A DNA stretch of 64,000 nt from an uncultured Porticoccus sp. (GTDB lineage Bacteria; Pseudomonadota; Gammaproteobacteria; Pseudomonadales; Porticoccaceae), in NCBI GenBank assembly GCA_964395715.1, contig CAYNAU010000003.1, forward strand, positions 254,847-318,846, in the 5' to 3' direction. Positions 28,445-38,269 of the stretch are shown in pieces. Below the pieces are notes generated by a model, which was given only the letters and a program-made list of their open reading frames with translations, was not told where the DNA came from and searched no databases. The translations under genes and the position numbers were made by a program. How positions within the stretch are numbered: position 1 is the stretch's first letter; every line of letters starts with the position of its first letter.

Positions 28445-31084
28445 ATGGGTAAATCACTCGTTATCGTAGAGTCCCCAGCCAAGGCTAAAACAATCAACAA
28501 GTACCTTGGTAACGACTTTATCGTGAAGTCCAGCGTAGGACATATTCGCGATTTGCCGACTGGCGGCAACGGTAAGACGGTGGACCCAAAAGAACGCGCC
28601 AAAGCCGCTGCCGCAACGCGGAAAATGTCCCCCGAGGAGAAAGAAGTCCATCGTGCCCGCAAGGCCAAAGAACAGCTCGTAACGCGCATGGGTATTGACC
28701 CTGAAAACGACTGGAAAGCCCGCTATGAAATTCTGCCGGGCAAGGAAAAGGTTGTCGCGGAACTCAAAAAACTCGCTAAAACGGCTGATCATATCTATCT
28801 CGCAACGGACCTTGACAGAGAAGGGGAGGCCATCGCCTGGCACCTGATGGAGGCCATTGGTGGCGACCCGGAAAACTATCAGCGGGTGGTGTTTAACGAG
28901 ATTACCAAGAAGGCTATTAAAGAAGCCTTTGAACATCCGGGCCGACTCGATACGAATCGTGTCAGCGCCCAGCAAGCCCGCCGCTTTCTCGATCGGGTGG
29001 TCGGGTTCATGTTGTCTCCCCTGTTGTGGAGCAAGGTCGCCCGTGGCCTTTCCGCAGGACGAGTCCAGTCGGTGGCGGTCAAGCTGATTGTCGAGCGAGA
29101 ACGTGAAATTCGCGCCTTCGAACCGGAGGAATACTGGACCCTGCACGCGGACCTGGAAACAGCTGCAGAAGATCAGGTCCGTTTTGAAGTCAAGAAACAG
29201 GGCGGTGATAACTTCCGTCCCGTCAGCAAAGAGCAGACCGATGCCGCACTGGCTGCGCTCAATAATGCTTCCTATGTTGTCAGCGCACGGGAAGACAAAC
29301 CCACCAGCAGCAAACCCTCAGCACCTTTTATTACCTCGACATTGCAACAGGCGTGCAGTACCCGTTTGGGTTACGGGGTGAAGAAAACCATGATGTTGGC
29401 CCAGCGTCTCTATGAGGCCGGTTACATCACCTATATGAGAACGGATTCAACCAACCTCAGTGCCGATGCGGTGGCCAGCTGTCGAGAGTTTATCGGCAAA
29501 CGCTACGGGGACCGTTACTTGCCGGAAGACCCCAATGTCTACAGCAGCAAGTCCGGGGCACAGGAAGCTCACGAGGCCATCCGGCCCTCCAATATCGATA
29601 TTCTCCCCAGTGATCTTGTGGGCATGGAAGAGGATGCGAAAAAACTCTATCGCCTGATCTGGCAACAGTTTGTGGCCTGTCAGATGACCCCAGCCCAGTT
29701 CACCAGCACCACGGTGACGGTCAAGGCGGGAGACTATGAACTGCGTGCAAAAGGTCGCGTAACCCGCTTCGATGGTTACCTCAAGGTCCAGCCGGCGATG
29801 GCCCAGAAAGGAGACGATATCGAGTTGCCGGAAATGGCGGTGGGCGAGGCCATGAACCTGAACAAGCTGATTCCCCTGCAACACTTTACGAAACCGCCCG
29901 CCCGTTACTCGGAAGCCTCCCTGGTCAAGGAGTTGGAGAAAAAGGGCATTGGTCGTCCATCAACCTATGCTTCCATCATCTCCACCATTCAGGACCGCGG
30001 TTATGTGCGGGTGGAAAATCGTCGTTTTTATGCGGAAAAGATTGGCGATATTGTCACCGACCGCCTGAATGAGAATTTCACCGATCTGATGGATTACGGG
30101 TTTACCGCCTCTATGGAGGAATACCTGGATGAAATCGCCCGGGGTGAGTTGGAGTGGAAGCAGATTCTCAACCGTTTCTATCGCGACTTCAGCAATAAAC
30201 TGGCCAAGGCCGATGCCTCTGACGATGGGATGCGTCCCAACCAGCCGTCCCCCACGGATATTCCCTGCCCCCAGTGTGGTCGACCCATGATGATTCGCAC
30301 CGGCACCACCGGTGTTTTTCTGGGCTGTTCAGGCTACAGCTTGCCACCCAAGGAGCGCTGCAAGGGTACATTGAATCTGACGCCCGGAGATGAAGCCGTT
30401 AATGCCGACGAGGATGAGGAAGCGGAAAGCCGTCAATTGATGGAGCGCAGACGCTGCAAACTCTGCAATACCGCCATGGACAGCTATCTAATTGACGAGG
30501 GGCGCAAGCTGCATGTTTGTGGTAACAACCCGGATTGTGAGGGTTACGAGGTAGAGCTTGGCTCATTCAAACTAAAAGGCTATGACGGCCCGGTCATAGA
30601 GTGCGACAAGTGTGGCAGCGATATGCAGTTAAAGTCCGGTCGCTTTGGCAAGTACTTTGGCTGCAGCAATGAAAACTGCAGCAACACCCGCAAACTGCTG
30701 AAAAATGGCCAGCCCGCGCCGCCCAAAATGGACCCGGTGCCGATGCCGGAGTTGCCCTGCGAAAAGGTCGACGATCATTACATTCTTCGCGACGGGGCGA
30801 GCGGCCTGTTTCTGGCCGCCAGCAAGTTTCCGCGTCACCGCGAAACCCGAGCTCCTCTGGTGTCGGAGCTGTTGCCGCACCGCGAGGAAATCGATCCCAA
30901 ATACAGCTTCCTGTTCAGCGCCCCAACGCAGGATCCCGACGGCTTGCCCACTGTGGTCCGCTACAGTCGCAAGACGGCAGAACAATACGTGCAGTCGGAA
31001 GTTGAGGGTAAGCCCTCAGGCTGGAAGGCTTTTTACGAAAACGGCCGCTGGCGGGAAACAGATGGCCGCAAAGGCAAGAAATAA
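28445..31084 (+). CDS. topA: DNA topoisomerase I
   Basis: [33 protein letters not shown], catalytic ITYMRTDS, Zn-ribbon repeats. Confidence 0.97.
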   Translation: MGKSLVIVESPAKAKTINKYLGNDFIVKSSVGHIRDLPTGGNGKTVDPKERAKAAAATRKMSPEEKEVHRARKAKEQLVTRMGIDPENDWKARYEILPGKEKVVAELKKLAKTADHIYLATDLDREGEAIAWHLMEAIGGDPENYQRVVFNEITKKAIKEAFEHPGRLDTNRVSAQQARRFLDRVVGFMLSPLLWSKVARGLSAGRVQSVAVKLIVEREREIRAFEPEEYWTLHADLETAAEDQVRFEVKKQGGDNFRPVSKEQTDAALAALNNASYVVSAREDKPTSSKPSAPFITSTLQQACSTRLGYGVKKTMMLAQRLYEAGYITYMRTDSTNLSADAVASCREFIGKRYGDRYLPEDPNVYSSKSGAQEAHEAIRPSNIDILPSDLVGMEEDAKKLYRLIWQQFVACQMTPAQFTSTTVTVKAGDYELRAKGRVTRFDGYLKVQPAMAQKGDDIELPEMAVGEAMNLNKLIPLQHFTKPPARYSEASLVKELEKKGIGRPSTYASIISTIQDRGYVRVENRRFYAEKIGDIVTDRLNENFTDLMDYGFTASMEEYLDEIARGELEWKQILNRFYRDFSNKLAKADASDDGMRPNQPSPTDIPCPQCGRPMMIRTGTTGVFLGCSGYSLPPKERCKGTLNLTPGDEAVNADEDEEAESRQLMERRRCKLCNTAMDSYLIDEGRKLHVCGNNPDCEGYEVELGSFKLKGYDGPVIECDKCGSDMQLKSGRFGKYFGCSNENCSNTRKLLKNGQPAPPKMDPVPMPELPCEKVDDHYILRDGASGLFLAASKFPRHRETRAPLVSELLPHREEIDPKYSFLFSAPTQDPDGLPTVVRYSRKTAEQYVQSEVEGKPSGWKAFYENGRWRETDGRKGKK

Positions 31085-31093
31085 AGACGCGCC

Positions 31094-31597
31094 GTGAACC
31101 CCTACCTGTCTTTGGTTAATCAGCATTTTTGTTTCAGTGGTTTACTGCTGGAGCGATTGGTTGTGCATAAGGTGCAGGACGCAAATCGACTACTGCTTCT
31201 CGCCCTTTCCCAGTCAGTTCTTTTCCAACTGGAAACCACGTATCGCTTCTATCTGCGGGAAGTGGCCGCCACCTACAAATGCCGGGAGCCAGAACAGATC
31301 AACGGCGTAGACGAGTTGATCGGTGCCTTGCAAACCATGGGTAAACACCCGGCTGAGGCCAGTGAATTGGAAAATCTGGAGCAGCAACGCGGCAGTTGGC
31401 TGAACGGGCTGTTGTCAGCCTATCGGCAGGTGATGAAGGTTCAGTCAGAACAGATCAGCCAGCACTCGCCCATCGCGTTGGTTCAGGTTAGTAGCGAGCA
31501 GGATGACCAGGAGCTCACAGCAGAGCTGTTATCTGGTTGGCGAGAATCTTTCCTTGAGGTGGTTGAACGCCATCGCCAGCACATGCTCGAGTGCTAA
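31094..31597 (+). CDS. Hypothetical protein (DUF6586-like)
   Basis: Directly downstream of topA; ends RHRQHMLEC, like the topA-linked proteins I recall from Pseudomonas. Confidence 0.65.
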   Translation: MNPYLSLVNQHFCFSGLLLERLVVHKVQDANRLLLLALSQSVLFQLETTYRFYLREVAATYKCREPEQINGVDELIGALQTMGKHPAEASELENLEQQRGSWLNGLLSAYRQVMKVQSEQISQHSPIALVQVSSEQDDQELTAELLSGWRESFLEVVERHRQHMLEC

Positions 31598-31683
31598 GTT
31601 AATTTTTCCAGTCGGCGGTTAATAACCGGGTCTGGCTCTGTTACAATCCTCTATTACTACATCGCCCACTACTGGAAGACCTC

Positions 31684-31929
31684 ATGTCCCTCTCTCTGTT
31701 TGAAATTGTCATCCTGCCAGACGGTGATATCGCCCTGCAGCGGACTGATGATGATTCCCCCCTGATCCGTATCAGCTTTTCAGAGGATGCAGAAGCCTTC
31801 CTGGAGAGCGCCAAGGTGGACGTGGCCAAGGTCATGATTGATGCTGGCATTGAAGTCTTTGAAGAGCTGGGCGCGGAAAATATGAAGCTCGAATCGCCCC
31901 GCATTGACAAGGATCGCGTGCTTCACTGA
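31684..31929 (+). CDS. Small acidic conserved hypothetical protein
   Basis: LFEIVILPDGDIALQR..VDVAKVMI.AG...RVLH; well-formed 81-aa ORF. Confidence 0.75.
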   Translation: MSLSLFEIVILPDGDIALQRTDDDSPLIRISFSEDAEAFLESAKVDVAKVMIDAGIEVFEELGAENMKLESPRIDKDRVLH

Positions 31930-31984
31930 TTGTCGTTAAGGCGCTGAATCGCTTCCAGATAGGGGTTCGCAGATGGCGCAGTAA

Positions 31985-32599
31985 TCAGGTCTGGGTACGA
32001 ATGACGCCGACCCCCAGACCTTCAATCGCAAAACTTTTTTCTCTCAGATCCACGTGGATTGGTTCCAAATCCTCGTTCTCCGGTTCCAGAATAACCTCAT
32101 GTCGTTTGCGACTTTTTCTGAAGCGCTTGACTGTGACCTCTTCGTCAATTCTGGCGACGACAATCTGCCCATTGTCGGCGGTTTCGCACTTGTGCACGGC
32201 CAGAATATCGCCATCCATTATGCCGATGTTTTTCATGCTCATTCCCTGTACCCGGAGCAGATAATCAGCCTGGGGGTAGAAGAGGTTGGCGGCCACATCC
32301 AGGTAGGTCTCAATATTTTCTATCGCAAGCACAGGCTCTCCAGCGGCGACTCGTCCTACTAGTGGCAGTCCGGGTGGTGCTTCTTCAACAAGGCGAATGC
32401 CGCGTGAAGCCCCCGAAGTCATTTCAATCACACCTTTTCGGGCCAGGGCCCGCAAGTGTTCTTCAGCAGCATTGGGGGACTTGAATCCCAGTTCCGAGGC
32501 AATCTCAGCGCGGGTAGGGGGGTAACCGCTTTCTTCGATGTGCTGCCTGATCAGGTCCAGTATTTGTTGCTGGCGTGCGGTCAAAGACGGGTTGCTCAT
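31985..32599 (-). CDS. lexA: SOS repressor LexA
   Basis: [24 protein letters not shown], Ala-Gly cleavage site RVAAGEP, Ser (GMSM) and Lys (VTVKR) dyad. True start ATG 32599. Confidence 0.97.
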   Translation of the reverse strand: MSNPSLTARQQQILDLIRQHIEESGYPPTRAEIASELGFKSPNAAEEHLRALARKGVIEMTSGASRGIRLVEEAPPGLPLVGRVAAGEPVLAIENIETYLDVAANLFYPQADYLLRVQGMSMKNIGIMDGDILAVHKCETADNGQIVVARIDEEVTVKRFRKSRKRHEVILEPENEDLEPIHVDLREKSFAIEGLGVGVIRTQT

Positions 32600-32653
32600 G
32601 GCTGTCACCTCGGTTGGTGGATAAAGCAGGTATGCTGCCGTTAATGTAAAGTA

Positions 32654-32686
32654 CTGTAAATTAATATAGCCTGTATTAAAACACAG
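32654..32686. promoter_or_regulatory. Two tandem LexA (SOS) boxes
   Basis: CTGT-ATTAAAAC-ACAG at 32671-32686 (perfect CTGT-N8-ACAG) and CTGT-AAATTAAT-ATAG at 32654-32669 (one mismatch). Confidence 0.9.
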
Positions 32687-32777
32687 TACATGCCCGGGAT
32701 ACACCCTGTTGTTTATTGGTTGGCACTATACTTAGTAAAGGCTGGTAGCTGGCCTGAAAGTATTGAGGGGAGTGTTT

Positions 32778-33434
32778 ATGGACGAAATCAAAATACCTGA
32801 AGCCTGGCGCGTTTTGAGAATTCAGGCTGAGTTGGTGGATGGCATTGAGGCGTTGGCCAAGTTGGGCAGTGCTGTGACTATTTTTGGTGGTGCCCGTTTC
32901 AAGCCGGGCAGCCAATACTATGAAGAGGCGCAGCGCCTTGGTGGGTTGCTGGGTAAAGAGGGGATTCCTGTTATTACGGGGGGTGGCCCGGGAATTATGG
33001 AAGGGGCCAATCGGGGTTGTCATGACACTGCCAGCACATCGGTAGGTTTAAACATCTCACTGCCGACAGAGCAGGATCCCAATTCCTTCCTGGATTTATC
33101 CCTCAAGTTCCGATACTTCTTCGTGCGCAAGTTTATGTTTGTCAAACATGCGGTGGGGTTTGTCATTTTCCCGGGAGGCTACGGAACCCTCGATGAACTG
33201 TTTGAAGCACTAACGCTGGTGCAAACCAGCAAGGTCAGGCCTTTTCCGATTATTCTGGTGGGCAGCGACTATTGGGGAGGATTGGTGGACTGGATACAAA
33301 ACACCATGCTGGCGAACGGCTGTATTGCCGAGCGGGAAATGCATCTGTTTACAGTGGTGGATGATGCCGAGACGGCGGCAAAAATTATCCTGCAGCATGC
33401 TCGCATGCTACAGGCTCAGGAAATTGCCGAATAA
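32778..33434 (+). CDS. LOG-family (TIGR00730) nucleotide phosphoribohydrolase
   Basis: ITGGGPGIMEGAN, FFVRKFMFVK, PGGYGTLDELFE. SD GGGGAG before ATG 32778. Confidence 0.92.
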   Translation: MDEIKIPEAWRVLRIQAELVDGIEALAKLGSAVTIFGGARFKPGSQYYEEAQRLGGLLGKEGIPVITGGGPGIMEGANRGCHDTASTSVGLNISLPTEQDPNSFLDLSLKFRYFFVRKFMFVKHAVGFVIFPGGYGTLDELFEALTLVQTSKVRPFPIILVGSDYWGGLVDWIQNTMLANGCIAEREMHLFTVVDDAETAAKIILQHARMLQAQEIAE

Positions 33435-33463
33435 GTGGTGGGAGAGAAGATAATCGGCACTTC

Positions 33464-33781
33464 TCAATAGTCGTCCAGGCCGTAGATGGTATCTGAATCG
33501 ATATCCAGCAAAGGATCATTCCAGTTTTCCGGCACATACACATCGTCTGCAGACAGACTGTCTTCGTTACTGAGTTCATAAGACACCCGCCAGTCTTCCG
33601 GCGGTTCTGCAGCTAACAGCAGCAATTGCTGCCAGGTGTCGAGATCAATCTCACTGACTTCGCCATCTACATATTGCACTTCGATTGATCCGGCGTGTTC
33701 ATCAACGGCAACTACTTCGAAAATTTCATCTTCAGTGGCATCCTGATACCAGGCGCCAATGACGGGAACTTGTGAAGCCAT
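33464..33781 (-). CDS. Acidic hypothetical protein (DUF6763-like)
   Basis: P.IGAWY.....FEVVAVDE....IEVQY.DGE..EID...W....AEPPEDW pattern. Confidence 0.7.
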   Translation of the reverse strand: MASQVPVIGAWYQDATEDEIFEVVAVDEHAGSIEVQYVDGEVSEIDLDTWQQLLLLAAEPPEDWRVSYELSNEDSLSADDVYVPENWNDPLLDIDSDTIYGLDDY

Positions 33782-34110
33782 GATTCACCCCCTTCCTTTT
33801 CTCTAGGACTAACCAAAGTATCACCAACGAACTTGCTCTGCACCATGCGGGCAAGCTGTTTTGGATAAACGGGTGTCAATGGGGGCAGGGGTTAATGCAG
33901 GCTTAATATGAGATTTCTTTGAGAAAAACAGTGTAACTTCAGTGTTGAAAAGCATTTAATTTTTATCCCGGAAATTGTGCTGTAACCTGTTAAGTTCCAG
34001 CTGTCATAACGGGTTGTTTTCAAAATGAAAAATTTGTCTAATCTGTTACCCCGGTTTTTGACCGGTTATAGCTTGATTACTCCCCGTTACCCGCTGTTTG
34101 AGGTTTTACT

Positions 34111-35130
34111 ATGATTCCTGGCCCGCTGATGCTCGATCTGGAAGGTTTGATTCTGACCCCCGATGAAGAGCAATTGCTGCAACATCCGGGTGTCGGGGGC
34201 GTCATCTTCTTCTCCCGCAATTTCTCCAGCCGCAGCCAGATCATGGACCTGGTATTACAGATACGCACTATCCGCCCCGGATTGCTGTTGTGTGTTGACC
34301 AGGAAGGAGGCCGCGTACAACGCTTTCGCGAGGGGTTTACGCGGATTCCACCCATGCAGATGCTGGGGGATCTTTTCCCGGGAGACGACGCCGAGCAGTT
34401 GCTGCGGGATACCGGTTGGCTGATGGCTTCTGAGTTGTTGGCGTCTGGCATTGATTTCAGTTTTGCCCCGGTGCTGGATGTGGACCGCCAGAGTTGTGAG
34501 GTCATTGCTGACCGCTCCTTTTCCGACGATCCTACCTGTCTTGTTCAGGCTGCCAGTGCCTTTATTGCCGGTATGCACGAGGCTGGGATGGCCGCCACCG
34601 GTAAACATTTTCCGGGGCACGGTGGGGTCAGGGCGGACAGTCACCTGGAAACCCCCTACGATCAGCGCTCTCTACAGGCCCTGCGAGACAGGGATTTAAA
34701 GCCCTTTGTTGAACTGAGCGATACGCTGGATGCTGTGATGCCGGCACATATTGTATTTCCCGGCATTGACGCCGATGCCGTCGGATTTTCGCGGTTCTGG
34801 TTACAGACCGTACTGCGGGGTGAATTACATTTTGAGGGCGTTATTTTTAGCGACGACCTGTCCATGAAAGGGGCGGATATTGCCGGGAGCTATGCGCAGA
34901 AGGCTGACAGTGCTCTGCAGGCCGGCTGTGATATGGTGCTGGTTTGTAATAGTCGGCCAGGCGCACTGGAAGTGCTGGATTTCCTGGAGAGTGCGAACAT
35001 TACCCCATCTCACAGGTTGTCTGGCATGTTGGCGCGTCAACAGCCGGATTGGTCATCGCTGCTGGCATCCGGGCGCTGGCAGGCAACCGTGGCCAAACTG
35101 GAAGAGCTAGTCGCCACGATGGCGAAATAA
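34111..35130 (+). CDS. nagZ: Beta-N-acetylhexosaminidase
   Basis: VDQEGGRVQRF, KHFPGHG...DSH, IFSDDL.M, AGCDMVLVCN. Confidence 0.95.
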   Translation: MIPGPLMLDLEGLILTPDEEQLLQHPGVGGVIFFSRNFSSRSQIMDLVLQIRTIRPGLLLCVDQEGGRVQRFREGFTRIPPMQMLGDLFPGDDAEQLLRDTGWLMASELLASGIDFSFAPVLDVDRQSCEVIADRSFSDDPTCLVQAASAFIAGMHEAGMAATGKHFPGHGGVRADSHLETPYDQRSLQALRDRDLKPFVELSDTLDAVMPAHIVFPGIDADAVGFSRFWLQTVLRGELHFEGVIFSDDLSMKGADIAGSYAQKADSALQAGCDMVLVCNSRPGALEVLDFLESANITPSHRLSGMLARQQPDWSSLLASGRWQATVAKLEELVATMAK

Positions 35131-35145
35131 TCGGAGTCAAAAACA

Positions 35146-36252
35146 ATGCAGATACTCGAGGACTGGTTGGTACGTTTTATCAGTGATGACTACCTGTGGA
35201 TGGTAGAGATATTTCTGATTGTGCTTATTGCACTGGTGCTCGGCTATCTCGCGAACAAATTCATTAATTTACTGGAAACCCACGCCGCGCGTTCTGCCAA
35301 TGTCTGGGATGACGCCCTGATTGAAGCCTGTCGCCGACCTGCTGTCTGGGCGATCTGGATTCTCGGTGTCAACATAGCCGCGGCCGTCGCAGCAAGGGCC
35401 GCGGAGTCTGAATGGTACAGCCTGGTGGCGCCGGTGAACCGGGTGGCCATCATTTTCCTGGCAGCATTATTTCTTGTGAACCTCATCAGGCGTGTGGAGC
35501 GCAACCTGGTACACCCGGAATACATGCAGGAGCCGATGGATGAAACCACCGTGAAGGCCATCGGCAAGCTGGTGCGTGCCTCGGTGATCATTACCGCGAT
35601 CCTGATCGCCATGCAGGCCTTCGGGTACAGTATTTCCGGGGTGTTGGCATTTGGCGGTATCGGTGGTCTGGCGGTGGGTTTTGCTGCCAAGGACTTGCTG
35701 GCAAATTTCTTCGGGGGGTTGATGATCTATCTCGATCGCCCGTTCAAGGTTGGTGATTGGGTGCGTTCCCCCGATAAGGAAATTGAAGGCACCGTGGAGG
35801 ATATAGGCTGGCGCTTGACCCGCATCCGCACCTTCGACAAGCGTCCGCTCTATATCCCCAATGCCGTGTTTAACAATATCTCCGTCGAAAACCCGTCGCG
35901 CATGCTGAACCGCCGCATCTATGAGACCATTGGCATTCGCTATGACGATATCGACAAGATGTCGGCGATAGTTGAAGACGTCAAAGCCATGCTGCGCAGT
36001 CACCCCGAGATCGATCAGGAGCAGACCATGATCGTGAACTTCGTGTCTTTTGGCGCGTCCTCCATCAACTTTTTCATCTATACCTTTACCAAGACCACAC
36101 AGTGGGTACTGTTCCACGAAATCAAGCAGGATGTGCTGCTGAAAATCAGTGACATCATTGCCGGTCACGGAGCGGAAATCGCCTTCCCAACATCCACGAT
36201 TCATGTGCCCGATGAAATTAAACTGTTGGGTGCCCAGCAGGGAAGTGCCTGA
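35146..36252 (+). CDS. MscS-family mechanosensitive channel (YnaI-like)
   Basis: GGIGGLAVGFAAKDLLANFFGG, RPFKVGDW, IPNAVF, AFPT. Confidence 0.92.
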   Translation: MQILEDWLVRFISDDYLWMVEIFLIVLIALVLGYLANKFINLLETHAARSANVWDDALIEACRRPAVWAIWILGVNIAAAVAARAAESEWYSLVAPVNRVAIIFLAALFLVNLIRRVERNLVHPEYMQEPMDETTVKAIGKLVRASVIITAILIAMQAFGYSISGVLAFGGIGGLAVGFAAKDLLANFFGGLMIYLDRPFKVGDWVRSPDKEIEGTVEDIGWRLTRIRTFDKRPLYIPNAVFNNISVENPSRMLNRRIYETIGIRYDDIDKMSAIVEDVKAMLRSHPEIDQEQTMIVNFVSFGASSINFFIYTFTKTTQWVLFHEIKQDVLLKISDIIAGHGAEIAFPTSTIHVPDEIKLLGAQQGSA

Positions 36253-36285
36253 TACTTGGCAGCAGCCGGGGAGTGATATGAACTC

Positions 36286-37026
36286 ATGAAGGTCGGCATT
36301 ATCGGAGGCAGCGGCTTATATGCCCTGGATGAGCTGGAGGTCGGTGAACGCCAGGCAGTGGATACCCCCTGGGGCAAGCCTTCGGACCAGCTGGTTTGCG
36401 GCATACTGCAGGGTTGTGAAGTCGCGTTTATTGCCCGCCATGGTGAAGCTCACCAGGTTCCCCCACACAAGGTAAATTACCGGGCCAATCTGGCCGCGTT
36501 GCAGGCCAGGGGGGTTGAGGCAGTGCTGGCTGTCAATGTGGTGGGTGGTATTAACGGTGAAATGTGTCCCGGAGATCTGGTCATACCCGATCAGGTCATC
36601 GACTATACCTGGGGCAGGGAACACACCTATTCAGATGGTGCAGGGTCGACCTTGCAGCATGTTGATTTTACGAACCCCTATGACAAGTCGTTGCGCGAAA
36701 CCCTGTTACAGGCTGCTATCGCCAGTGGGTTGCCTGTCCATGGCGATGGTGTCCTGGGAGTCACCCAGGGGCCGAGGCTGGAAACGGCGGCGGAAATCAG
36801 ACGCATGGCAAATGATGGCTGCGATATTGTCGGCATGACCGGCATGCCAGAAGCTGCTCTTGCCCGTGAGCTGGGGCTTCCTTATGCATGCCTGGCTCTG
36901 GTGGTCAATATGGCGGCGGGTCTTGCCGCGGAACCGATTTACATGGCGGATATAGAGTCAGTGATGGCGGAGCGTATGCCTGTGGTGCGCAGCGTGCTGG
37001 TCTCGGCATGTGGGGATTTGTCATGA
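36286..37026 (+). CDS. S-methyl-5'-thioinosine/MTA phosphorylase
   Basis: GIIGGSGLY, ARHG..H..PPH.VNYRAN, GPRLETAAE, VGMTGMPEAALARE. Confidence 0.9.
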   Translation: MKVGIIGGSGLYALDELEVGERQAVDTPWGKPSDQLVCGILQGCEVAFIARHGEAHQVPPHKVNYRANLAALQARGVEAVLAVNVVGGINGEMCPGDLVIPDQVIDYTWGREHTYSDGAGSTLQHVDFTNPYDKSLRETLLQAAIASGLPVHGDGVLGVTQGPRLETAAEIRRMANDGCDIVGMTGMPEAALARELGLPYACLALVVNMAAGLAAEPIYMADIESVMAERMPVVRSVLVSACGDLS

Positions 37027-37316
37027 GAGTCAAACCACCTACCTTGATGCGGATCGGTATGATGACGCTGCTTTTACTGTCTATCACGCCGGCAGGTGCC
37101 CAGGTATTTAAATGTGTCGACGATAAGGGCAAAACTACCTTTAGCGACCGACCCTGTGAGAGCAGCAGTGCGGAACAGGTGATTGAACACCGATCCCGTG
37201 GGGAGTCGTCATCGTCAACCAATAAGCCAGCGGACAAGCGCTCTGGGCTGGGACATTTTGTCGACAGGGCACAGCAGCGGTCAAAGCAGCCGGATGCCCG
37301 CAACGGCGGAAAATAA
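37023..37316 (+). CDS. DUF4124 domain secreted protein
   Basis: Signal peptide followed by AQVFKCVDDKGKTTFSDRPC; ATGA overlap with the upstream stop. Confidence 0.8.
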   Translation: MRVKPPTLMRIGMMTLLLLSITPAGAQVFKCVDDKGKTTFSDRPCESSSAEQVIEHRSRGESSSSTNKPADKRSGLGHFVDRAQQRSKQPDARNGGK

Positions 37317-37321
37317 ACGCC

Positions 37322-38269
37322 CTAAGGCGTATTTTCTGCGGGGTTTTCGTAACGGTTCACCAGTACCAGAACACCCAGATTGGGGTGGTCCAGATAAGTC
37401 AGCTCCCCCAGTTGCAGGCGCGTGGACTGATCCAGCGTGACAAGGTCATTGATTGCAAACTGTGGCGTCTCAAATGTCCAGGCGGGAATGTCGCCTTGAT
37501 TGATGGACTCCGGGAAGTTTGTGCTTGATTCCGGTGGTTCGACAGTTTCCCGCCACGGCTGATCGGGTAGGGCCGGCCACGATGGTTCCTCTGTGTTATT
37601 GGCAGCGGCCTGTTGACCAGCCGTCATCTGGCCAGCTGACGGGATGACTGGGTCTGTTGCCAGCATTGCGGGTTGTGGAGATCCAAAGCGAGTGTGCCAG
37701 AGGTTGGCCTGAACGTGCAGGTAGCGATTTAGCACTACACGCAGGCTACCTTCAAGTTCGTGGTGGTCACCGTATTGCTCCCCACCGGCCAGCAGCACCC
37801 AGGAGCTGTTGTCGATATCCAGTCCGGGTTGGCGCCATGCCCAGTGCAACAGCACCCGATATCCCGGAGCCCTGCCCAAGGTGTAGTTTTCAGGGCCGAG
37901 TTCATAGCCTTTTTTATCGAGCAGCACAAAGGGTTGTTCTGTGTCAGTTGAGGTCTCTGGTTCTGATATTCCTTCAGGAACAGAAGCGTCAAGACTGTCT
38001 GAAGATAGGTTTTCCGGAAGTTCTGTTGCGATTTCTGATGTCTCCATCAGGGGTACAGGCGGTATGCGCAGCTCAGAACCTTCCAGGGTGAGCCAGTTTT
38101 GCGGGTAGCTCAGTTCGACGTCGGTGCGGTGTTTCTCATTGCCGAAGAGATCCTGTTGTGTAAATACCAGTATTTCGACCTGATACCAGGGCAGGGTTTC
38201 TTCCGCCGGTGCAACTGTCGGTAATAACAGCAACAGAAAGGCAAGAAGCTGTTGGAAGGGGAGTTTCAT
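37322..38269 (-). CDS. CsiV-family peptidoglycan-binding protein
   Basis: WYQVEILVF, YRVLLHWAWRQP, LEGSL...RYLHV..NL, YLDHP.LGVLV; downstream of mfd. Confidence 0.82.
   Translation of the reverse strand: MKLPFQQLLAFLLLLLPTVAPAEETLPWYQVEILVFTQQDLFGNEKHRTDVELSYPQNWLTLEGSELRIPPVPLMETSEIATELPENLSSDSLDASVPEGISEPETSTDTEQPFVLLDKKGYELGPENYTLGRAPGYRVLLHWAWRQPGLDIDNSSWVLLAGGEQYGDHHELEGSLRVVLNRYLHVQANLWHTRFGSPQPAMLATDPVIPSAGQMTAGQQAAANNTEEPSWPALPDQPWRETVEPPESSTNFPESINQGDIPAWTFETPQFAINDLVTLDQSTRLQLGELTYLDHPNLGVLVLVNRYENPAENTP

Noticed and set aside
32600-32704. 35-aa N-terminal extension of LexA in the ORF track
   Set aside because: It runs through the SOS boxes and promoter; the true start is ATG 32599.
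32721-32736. TGGCAC-N5 sigma54-like element upstream of the LOG gene
   Set aside because: The -12 element is TTAG instead of TTGC.
35467-36204. 245-aa antisense ORF in the MscS gene; similar ORFs in mfd (38617-39312) and topA (28454-29146)
   Set aside because: Same codon-bias artefact; no motifs.
36888-37022. Extended start for the DUF4124 gene in the ORF track
   Set aside because: Overlaps the phosphorylase gene; ATG 37023 gives an ATGA overlap and a proper signal peptide.
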